Source: Chlamydiia bacterium (lineage in GTDB: Bacteria > Chlamydiota > Chlamydiia > Chlamydiales > Parachlamydiaceae). From it: a DNA stretch of 14,871 nucleotides. This document shows, piece by piece, positions 7,540-14,871 of the stretch. Below the pieces are notes generated by a model, which was not told where the DNA came from, ran no database searches, and saw only the letters and a program-made list of their open reading frames with translations. Each line of letters begins with the position of its first letter. Position 1 is the first letter of the stretch. Position numbers and translations under genes: made by a program. The stretch covers positions 1 through 14,871 of the forward strand of contig JBBSJT010000056.1 in NCBI GenBank assembly GCA_038257035.1. The letters run 5' to 3'.

Positions 7540-9552
7540 TTAGCGGACAGGGCAGGCGCCGGTTGCGCAGGAGTCAGCCAATTCATCATCTCTCATTTCA
7601 ATGCCGCTATAGTCGATCTCTTTTAAGCGTGCCACATATTCATCATAAGCTGTTTTTGTAACAACTTCCTGAGGAAGATAAGCATAACCTAAATCTTCAG
7701 CATTTTTTGTCGGATCATTGCGATAGAGGAATGAAACGCCCACATAAGTTTCCCAATTTTCTTGCAACCAATCAATGATGGCAGGAATTTCAGAAGGATC
7801 GTACGAAATTGTGTTAGACACATTCTGCTCGCACCATGTTTCTTGTAAAAGACGATACCATTCAAGCTGATGAATTGCAGAATCTGTATTAACTTCAACT
7901 TCCTCTACTACACCATTTTTTCTTGTGACATTCATTCTTGTAAATGGAACATTGTCATATTTCACAGGAAAACAGACAAGTACAGATTCCGGCTCAAACG
8001 GTTTTTCAATTACAGAGTAACCTGCCACTTTAAATCTCTCGACTAATGGATCATGTTTTGAAAATGTCACATTGTTAAAAATGTATTTGCCAAGCGGTGC
8101 ATGAACGCCTTCCGGTACTTCACCCCATTTTTCCGTTCCCATGATTTTACTAAGTGTGCCGCTTGGTTTTACGCAAGTGACATTCTTTGGCAACGGAGAA
8201 TTTAATTCGTTTGCAATGCTGTAAGCTGCACTTACCGTGATATTGCGCATGCGTTTATAATCGTAGGCTGTAAGATCGGGTCTTGCACGTATACCGGTTA
8301 GGCCTACTCCGCAAAGGTGTAAGAAGCTATTGTTTAAGTGCCAAGCTTCCTGTAAAATTTCATCTCGTAAATTAACCATTGTTTGTCTGTAGTTCATTCT
8401 TCCTGCAAGGTAGAGTGCACGCTCAAGTCCTACTCGATCCCCTTTAAAGGCAAGAAGATTTACTTCTGTCAGATTACAAAAACTTTTATTTCCAAGAAGA
8501 ATTTCAACGCAAGGGTTACAACCCTTAAACCAAGGAGCACGTCTTTCAGCTTCTGCTGCATTGATCATTCCAGGTTCAGATCCGCCGGCATCAACCATAA
8601 TTTGAAAGAGGTTTTCAAGTTCTTCTTTGGATGGTTTTTTACGAAAGAGCAAACTATTATTCGATTGTTGGCGATGTGCATTGCCCTTTGTCCACCATTC
8701 TTTTTTAGCAGTTCCAAATTCTTCCCATTCAGGATCGCCATATTCAAATAATGCAATTTGAGCAGATCTTCTGCTGGATAAAATAGTTCCAAGCCAATTG
8801 ACGATGTCCAAAATGTCCATACGTGTTAAAAGCTGATCTGCTCTGTCAGATAAAATTTTAGCAATCGATTTAAAAGCTTTTGCAATTTGCTCATCCCCTG
8901 AAGAAATCCATCCGTAACCTTTGAGTCTTGTTCCTGCCGGTCTGATTTCTGAAAAATCGAGTTGAAGAGTTCTTGCCGGAAATTTTCCTGCCACTAACTT
9001 ACCAACAGCTTTTGCCCAGGCAATTGCGGAATCGCCCACTTTAATTGTCCAAACTTGAGTTTCCGGGCAATAAGTTTCAATATTTTGTTGAATTCCGCCT
9101 TTTTCTGTTCTGTTGGATCTGATAACACGAATTTCTTGAAGCGGACGACGAAAGCCGTTAAGTGTTCCTGTGATCGGTTTAAAACCAACACCACAGCCTT
9201 GAAGAAGCAGCCATAGAATATCAACAACATCATAAACTGTTTCAACATGAGTGTAGGAACAGTTAAACATGCTAGATTCTCTTGTGCGGCTAAGTTCTGT
9301 TCCGCCAAGCCATAAAGTTCTTCCTGCTGGTGCAACATAGCGACCAAGAATCAAAACCTTTAATTCCTCAAGTTCATGCTCTTCTCTATCATTTAATAAA
9401 CGGCCTAAAGCACGCTCCCAGAGCCAGCGTTGATGGAAAATAACACGTTCAACCACTTGGTCCCAAGATTCAAGTAGAGTATCCCCTTCTCTTACGGGGC
9501 GATGGTATGTGCGTAAGGATGTTGCCATAGCTCGAGATGTAGGTTTATTCAT
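7540..9552 (-). CDS. nrdJ: Class II (adenosylcobalamin-dependent) ribonucleotide reductase, monomeric RTPR/NrdJm type
   Basis: RTYHRP N-terminus, PAGRTLW, MFNCSY, finger-loop NPCVEI, FCNLTE, VKPSGTLS, and a C-terminal redox Cys pair CATGACPVR. No ATP-cone. GGAG RBS upstream. Confidence 0.93.
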   Translation of the reverse strand: MNKPTSRAMATSLRTYHRPVREGDTLLESWDQVVERVIFHQRWLWERALGRLLNDREEHELEELKVLILGRYVAPAGRTLWLGGTELSRTRESSMFNCSYTHVETVYDVVDILWLLLQGCGVGFKPITGTLNGFRRPLQEIRVIRSNRTEKGGIQQNIETYCPETQVWTIKVGDSAIAWAKAVGKLVAGKFPARTLQLDFSEIRPAGTRLKGYGWISSGDEQIAKAFKSIAKILSDRADQLLTRMDILDIVNWLGTILSSRRSAQIALFEYGDPEWEEFGTAKKEWWTKGNAHRQQSNNSLLFRKKPSKEELENLFQIMVDAGGSEPGMINAAEAERRAPWFKGCNPCVEILLGNKSFCNLTEVNLLAFKGDRVGLERALYLAGRMNYRQTMVNLRDEILQEAWHLNNSFLHLCGVGLTGIRARPDLTAYDYKRMRNITVSAAYSIANELNSPLPKNVTCVKPSGTLSKIMGTEKWGEVPEGVHAPLGKYIFNNVTFSKHDPLVERFKVAGYSVIEKPFEPESVLVCFPVKYDNVPFTRMNVTRKNGVVEEVEVNTDSAIHQLEWYRLLQETWCEQNVSNTISYDPSEIPAIIDWLQENWETYVGVSFLYRNDPTKNAEDLGYAYLPQEVVTKTAYDEYVARLKEIDYSGIEMRDDELADSCATGACPVR

Positions 9553-9576
9553 GATTAGATCTCCGTTGAATGAGGT

Positions 9577-10560
9577 TTAAAGGTGTTCGCAAATTTTTAT
9601 AAATTCAGCTACTTGAGAGTCAGTTTTAAATTTAGCTTCAGGATGAATCTTGGAGCGGCTATTTAAAAGAGTTTCCAATTGCTGTTTTTTCATATCAAGA
9701 TCAAGTCTTTCAAAGTATTCTATACTTAAGGTAACTAAATCAAAAAAATCATCCTCGATTTCAAGTAAGGGGATCGATTTTTTCAAAAGATTGATAAAAA
9801 TGTCATATTCCCCACTTTTTGCGATAAAGCTAAGGATTTCTAGGTTAAATTCAAGATCTTCATCTTTTGAATACTCATGAATAAGTTTGCGAATGGCTTG
9901 ATTGGCACCGATCGTGTCATGGACAGCCTGTATGCGGATTCTTAAAAATTCAAACCATTTAGCCTCAGGGACATAGTCACTAAAGTTGTCAAGCAACTCC
10001 GAGGAGTAAATGTAATTTTCATTTTCAATTTGCTCGGATGTATAATCATAGAGGAAACTTTCAAGATCATTAGCACAAGATGCAGACATTGTTTCAAAGA
10101 TCGATACAGGATCAACTCCGCTATCGATATTTTCATCAAGGATAATGGCCAATTCTTCTAAGGCATCTTGAACGGCTTCAGAACTTTTACTTTGGCCGGT
10201 ATCGTATAAATAAATTTGATGATCAAGTTCATCAAGAAAAATCGAGAGAGATTTTTTATCGGTAACCAAGCGACGCCATAATTCGAACACTAAAAGATAA
10301 ACTTCATCTTGGTTTTCATTTTCTAAATAAGTGTCTAAAAGAAGTTCATCTGTCAGATCTTCAGGGCTGTCCACATTTTCGGCATAGAGTTGAAATGTCT
10401 GTTTATCTAAATGGATTTGAAATTTTTCCAGTCTTTCGAATAAAATTTCAAAATTTAAATTACGGTAATCCTCAACTTGCCAAGACTCTACTTTTAGGGT
10501 AGGGTCTGAAAGCCAATTAAGCCTAAGCGAGTTGTAAAGGGCGCGACGTTCTAATTGCAT
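9577..10560 (-). CDS. Conserved acidic hypothetical protein (Chlamydiae-type)
   Basis: Long ORF (track gives 9577-10623). The ATG at 10560 (MQLERRALYNSLRLNW) is the more plausible start than the upstream TTG. D/E/L-rich helical composition; I recall similar N-termini in chlamydial hypothetical proteins. Confidence 0.8.
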   Translation of the reverse strand: MQLERRALYNSLRLNWLSDPTLKVESWQVEDYRNLNFEILFERLEKFQIHLDKQTFQLYAENVDSPEDLTDELLLDTYLENENQDEVYLLVFELWRRLVTDKKSLSIFLDELDHQIYLYDTGQSKSSEAVQDALEELAIILDENIDSGVDPVSIFETMSASCANDLESFLYDYTSEQIENENYIYSSELLDNFSDYVPEAKWFEFLRIRIQAVHDTIGANQAIRKLIHEYSKDEDLEFNLEILSFIAKSGEYDIFINLLKKSIPLLEIEDDFFDLVTLSIEYFERLDLDMKKQQLETLLNSRSKIHPEAKFKTDSQVAEFIKICEHL

Positions 10561-10687
10561 GATAAAAATATAGGTTAAGCTTAAGAATAATATCTTAAGG
10601 TAAACCTCAACTTTTTTGTCCAAAATAATAAAACTACTTTATGGATTACTGTCAGCCAGAAAGTAGCGTTTATTCTTTGTGGATTCT

Positions 10688-10743
10688 TGTTATTTTCATC
10701 ATCATTTTTAAAGAGACTTCTTTTAACGATGACAAAAATAACA
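10688..10743 (-). promoter_or_regulatory. Intergenic RNA stem-loop just downstream of the ptr stop
   Basis: 19-bp arms 10688-10706 and 10725-10743. All three mismatches become G-U pairs on the minus (mRNA) strand. Confidence 0.55.
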
Positions 10744-10760
10744 TGAGTCGAGGTGAAACA

Positions 10761-13715
10761 TCATTTTACTTTATTTGGATAAAAATCACAACAATTACCA
10801 ATTGAATATTGGCTCAATTTGCGAAGTTGCTTGACGGTCTGGAGTTTAATGTATTGAAATTTTGTGTCTTCGGAAATGACTCCATCGATTAAGATGCCGA
10901 AGCGTTGTTTGTTTGATTTATCCAACAAGGCATGGCTCAATTCTACGAATTCTTCGTAGGTTAGCTCGTCAAAGGCTTGTATGAGTTTATTTGTCCAATT
11001 AAAATCAGCATGATATTGAAAGGCTAATTTTTTAAGCATTTCACCCATTAACTTTGTATTATTATAAGAATTGAGTAAGTTTTCAATAAGAGATCTTTTA
11101 ATGGTTTCAAAGTTTTCTTTCTTTAAGGCTACTTCTCCGATTTCCTGATTAAATTCTTCTATGAATAGCTCAATTCTGGCAAGCAGTGCGTAAGGATCAT
11201 GCGTATTGGATTGGATGATAAATAAATTGAATAATTTTTCTTCAATTTCCTCACTTTTACTGCCTACGATGTAACCTGTTTGCTGTTTGGTTCTTAGCGT
11301 TGAAAAGAAAGGTCCTTCGATTGCCTGCATTAAAATTTCTTGAGCAGCTTTTTTCTGAAATGAGAAACCGCTATTTTGCAAGAATAAAATAATGGCGTTT
11401 CCTTGAACATCCACATTTTTTTCAACATAATAAGGGCCTTTATTTTCAGGTAAATCAATCACAAGTTTTTGAAGGTGATCACTTTTTAAGTAAGGATTTA
11501 GTTCAAGAGAATTTAAGAGAATTTCCTTTGTTTCTAGGGCAGATTCTTCTGTAGCATTGCCATAAATGAGTCCTTCAACATAAATCTGATTAAAAAGTTG
11601 AGTTAAAAAATCGTTAAATGTTTGAAAATCAATGTTTTTGATCGCTAAAGCTTTTTTTGGCTCTGTTGTGTAATTTTTATAAAGAGCAAATCTCATCTGA
11701 TCAATAGCCACTTTTAAAGGGGAACTCTTGTAAGCATTTTCATATTCGCGAAGAAGCGACTCTTTTAAAATTAAAAATGTATCTTCGCTGACCTTCAAAT
11801 GATTAAGAGTTTTTGAAATTTCCTTCAAAAGAAGATTCGCATTTCCACTAAAACCACTAATGGTGACATTGATTCCATTATCTGATCTCTTGATATCAAA
11901 ATTAATTCCGGCAACAGTTGCAGGGTAGCTCAATTTATTTAAAGCATCTTTTAACGCTTTAACATAAAGATCTGCCAATACAACACTTTTCGATATTCCC
12001 GATTTGATCTCGGGTGTTTTAATATCAAAATTAAAGTAGATTTCGGGCACGCCAAACAAAGTGTCTTTTGCAAAATAAATTAACCCAAAAGGCTCATCTA
12101 AAATTACTTCGGGTTTTGGAATCGGGATAATGTCTTGGGCTTCAATTTTATTTAATATTGAAAGATCTTTTGGAATAAAACTGTTTGCTGCAGGGAGTGT
12201 GATTTCAGGTATGGTTGTAGCCTCTTGCCATTGCTTCATTTGATTGCTATCAATTTCTTTAACTGCATACTTTGCTCCTAGCCATTGCTCCTTTTTGTCT
12301 GTAGCAACACCTGTCAGCGTTGAGGGTGCTAATAAGAAAAATTGTGCATTGTTTGGGTTCAAGTACTGAATATAATCCTTGATGAGGTCAGGATCAAAGT
12401 TTTGAACGATATAGGATTGAACGGGGAATGTTTGAATGCTTTCATAAGGCAGCTTCATTGCATCTTTCATGAAGGATTCGAAAATGTCTTCTCTGTTCTT
12501 ATAACGGTATTTGATTTTTTGAACCTGTGTCAATTCATCAAAAATATATTTTGGCAGCTCTTCTTTTTTTAAGGCTGCAATTGCTTGGAAAACTCTTTTG
12601 ATTACAAGATTTACATCCTTAACACCATTTTCTGTTAAATCTATATCGATATAAAAAATTTGATTTACAGAATCAATTTTATAACTTGCACAGCCCAAAG
12701 ATTCCGCAAGATGTTCTTTTTTCAATTCTTCAAGCAAGCTGCCTTCACTTTCATCTCCAAGAACATAACAAACATAGCTTTCCGGTTGGCGGTCTAAAAC
12801 ATTGGCAAATTTTGAGGGTAAACTCCAAACGATTGATAAGCTCATTAGGTTTTTAATAGGTTCAATATAAACCATTTTAGCTCGATTTCCATCGATGTTA
12901 AAAGGGATTGCAGAAGATTTATGAGGAGGAACATTTTTGTTAATAATTCCTTGGAAATCTTTGACAACATTGTTTTTTAATTCATCCAATGGAAGTTTGG
13001 AATACACCATTAATCGCATAAGATTTGCGCTGTAATTTTTTTTATACCAATCAATTAAGGTACTTTGAGAAACTTTTGAAAGAGCTTTACTATTTCCCAT
13101 ACCAAAATGATGAAAAGGATGGGAGGGGGTTGTCAATTCCTTCATCACATATAGACTGCGGATGTTATCGTTCTGTACATTTTTAGCATATTCCTGATCG
13201 ATTGCTTGAAGTTCCCTTGAAACACCGGACGGGTTAAAAAGAGGTTCCTTAAAAAATTCAGCAAAACGGTCGAGAGCCTCCGGAAAAGCCTGATTATTTA
13301 CGGAGAAAATATAACCTGTAAAATCGTTTGTGGTAAAAGCATTTGTTGTGCCACCATTTTCTGCAATAAAATGTTGGTAGCCGGATTCTTCAGGATATTT
13401 TTTTGTACCAAGAAATAGCATGTGTTCAAGGAAGTGGGCAATACCGGGGTAGTCGACAGGATCTTCAAAGCTGCCTGTACTAACCGTTAAAATGGCAGCT
13501 GATTTATCGGCGAGAGGATCGGAAATTAAAATCGCTTCAAGTCCATTTTCCAACTTTATTTTTAAAACTTCTCTTTTTGCAAGTGATGGAGTTAAAATAG
13601 GCTCTTTGGCTAAATCCTCAATGATGGTATAACCCTCAGGAGTGTCGGCTGAAATTGCAGTAAAAGATAAGTTAAGGATAACAAGAAATGAAAAGAATTT
13701 AAAATGGTTGGTCAT
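10761..13715 (-). CDS. ptr: Insulinase-family (M16A) zinc metalloprotease, protease III/Ptr
   Basis: N-terminal signal peptide, inverted zinc motif HFLEH in GIAHFLEHMLFLGTKKYP, NAFT, and C-terminal FFSTLRTKQQTGYIV; 984 aa. Confidence 0.95.
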   Translation of the reverse strand: MTNHFKFFSFLVILNLSFTAISADTPEGYTIIEDLAKEPILTPSLAKREVLKIKLENGLEAILISDPLADKSAAILTVSTGSFEDPVDYPGIAHFLEHMLFLGTKKYPEESGYQHFIAENGGTTNAFTTNDFTGYIFSVNNQAFPEALDRFAEFFKEPLFNPSGVSRELQAIDQEYAKNVQNDNIRSLYVMKELTTPSHPFHHFGMGNSKALSKVSQSTLIDWYKKNYSANLMRLMVYSKLPLDELKNNVVKDFQGIINKNVPPHKSSAIPFNIDGNRAKMVYIEPIKNLMSLSIVWSLPSKFANVLDRQPESYVCYVLGDESEGSLLEELKKEHLAESLGCASYKIDSVNQIFYIDIDLTENGVKDVNLVIKRVFQAIAALKKEELPKYIFDELTQVQKIKYRYKNREDIFESFMKDAMKLPYESIQTFPVQSYIVQNFDPDLIKDYIQYLNPNNAQFFLLAPSTLTGVATDKKEQWLGAKYAVKEIDSNQMKQWQEATTIPEITLPAANSFIPKDLSILNKIEAQDIIPIPKPEVILDEPFGLIYFAKDTLFGVPEIYFNFDIKTPEIKSGISKSVVLADLYVKALKDALNKLSYPATVAGINFDIKRSDNGINVTISGFSGNANLLLKEISKTLNHLKVSEDTFLILKESLLREYENAYKSSPLKVAIDQMRFALYKNYTTEPKKALAIKNIDFQTFNDFLTQLFNQIYVEGLIYGNATEESALETKEILLNSLELNPYLKSDHLQKLVIDLPENKGPYYVEKNVDVQGNAIILFLQNSGFSFQKKAAQEILMQAIEGPFFSTLRTKQQTGYIVGSKSEEIEEKLFNLFIIQSNTHDPYALLARIELFIEEFNQEIGEVALKKENFETIKRSLIENLLNSYNNTKLMGEMLKKLAFQYHADFNWTNKLIQAFDELTYEEFVELSHALLDKSNKQRFGILIDGVISEDTKFQYIKLQTVKQLRKLSQYSIGNCCDFYPNKVK

Positions 13716-13859
13716 ATAACTTCCAAGCTTTAATCATGGTTTAACCTTTCAATGTAAGCAAACAGGGCAATAATTGCATCAAAATAATTTGATTTTAATT
13801 AAAATAGGGTCAGAAGGGGTACAAGGGAAAGGCTGTTGTTCTAAGTGTATAATTTCTTG

Positions 13860-13888
13860 TTGACAATACTACAGGGAAAGGGTAAAAA
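13860..13888 (+). promoter_or_regulatory. Putative sigma70/sigma66 promoter for the F-box gene
   Basis: TTGACA (13860-13865), 17-nt spacer, TAAAAA (13883-13888), 36 nt upstream of the ORF. Confidence 0.5.
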
Positions 13889-13924
13889 AGTGTCCCTAAA
13901 GGACTTTTAAAAACAATACTTCAG

Positions 13925-14746
13925 GTGTTTATAGTGAATCTCATTGGTCAAAGTATTTATTATGAACCTGTAATCCAAACAAAAAGCCCATGTCTTCTTA
14001 TTTTAGATTCCACCATACCCTATGAAATAGCATTGTGCATTTTTAAGCATTTGAACCATGCGGATTTAGCTTCTTCAACACTTGTAAGCAAAGATTGGAG
14101 TTTTGCAGCTTGCAGTCCCATGCTTTGGCAGGCGTTTGATTTACGTAAAATTTTTCCCTCGAGCATTTATCTTAATGAAGATTGGAAATCAGATTTTAAT
14201 TTCGAAGTAGAAACTAAACCTCTTAACAAGCGCTACGTCATTTCAATATTAAAGGCCCGCTGCCCATTTTCGACAAAAAAGCAAAAAGTTTTTCAAACAC
14301 ACACATTCCTGGAGGTACCAAAAGGAATGACTTTAGAGTATTTTGCAAATCCTGAATTTTTTATTTCGCATTTTCATTCCGATATTTTTCAAAAATATGG
14401 AAAAAATCAAATATCCAACACTCATTGCTTACTAATCACGAATAAAATCCTACCGACAACCCTTTCAAAAAAATTTACCGAACAAAAAAAAATAATTTCT
14501 AACTACCCGCTTTATAAAATACCAAGCTTTATTACAGCAATAGCTTTGAATATGGCAAGATTGATGAACACTAAGCATTATTATGCTTTTGTTGTATTAC
14601 ATCAGTCCCCAAGTTTTGCCGTCTTTTTAGATGCAAGATGGTGTCAAATTGAGGTAAACATCGGAAGAATTGCCCCTCCCATAGAGTTTGGTCTTAATAC
14701 AACGCATAAGGGCCGAGGCATCATCGCCGCCCGCGAATTCCACTAA
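13925..14746 (+). CDS. F-box domain protein (eukaryotic-like, candidate host-interaction effector)
   Basis: IPYEIALCIFKHLNHADLASSTLVSKDWSFAACSPMLW matches the F-box pattern (LPxEIxxxIFxxLxxxDLxxxxxVxKxW). The C-terminal domain is not assigned. The exact start (GTG 13925 or 13934) is uncertain. Confidence 0.8.
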   Translation: MFIVNLIGQSIYYEPVIQTKSPCLLILDSTIPYEIALCIFKHLNHADLASSTLVSKDWSFAACSPMLWQAFDLRKIFPSSIYLNEDWKSDFNFEVETKPLNKRYVISILKARCPFSTKKQKVFQTHTFLEVPKGMTLEYFANPEFFISHFHSDIFQKYGKNQISNTHCLLITNKILPTTLSKKFTEQKKIISNYPLYKIPSFITAIALNMARLMNTKHYYAFVVLHQSPSFAVFLDARWCQIEVNIGRIAPPIEFGLNTTHKGRGIIAAREFH

Positions 14747-14871
14747 CACATACACGATCACTCAAATCTGAAAATCTTATGCCATACGCACTTAAAACAT
14801 ATCAATAATATTTTTTACAGGATATGCACGATCGCTGCGCGGCATGATAAGCAGGATAATATCAACCTTAA

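Noticed and set aside
10745..10760. Possible parS site (GTGAAACA half-site)
   Set aside because: Only one half matches TGTTTCACGTGAAACA and it is not palindromic. No full parS was seen in the window.
1059..12572. Short ORFs overlapping topA, dprA, 5366-6100, nrdJ, 9577-10560 and ptr
   Set aside because: Antisense or alternate-frame shadows of well-supported genes, with no motifs.

Overview
AT-rich bacterial chromosomal window, most likely from an environmental member of the Chlamydiae. This is inferred from the TopA-SWIB fusion, the Ptr insulinase, a chlamydial-type conserved hypothetical protein and a eukaryotic-like F-box protein. Gene order: orphan ORF (+); topA-SWIB and dprA (-); a probable degraded small secreted/outer-membrane gene (-); a membrane-anchored helical protein (-); parB (+); monomeric class II (B12-dependent) ribonucleotide reductase (-); conserved hypothetical (-); ptr/insulinase (-); F-box protein (+). 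The most unusual content is non-coding. Two intergenic regions (about 4381-4704 and 7041-7467) carry related long palindromic elements. Their arms start with a T-run followed by repeated CRCRRAG heptamers (CGCGAAG, CGCAAAG or CACAGAG variants) and enclose the same pair of small hairpins in opposite order. At 7041-7467 one element is nested inside a second arm variant. These look like a family of non-autonomous REPIN/MITE-like or structured elements whose cognate enzyme is not in this window.
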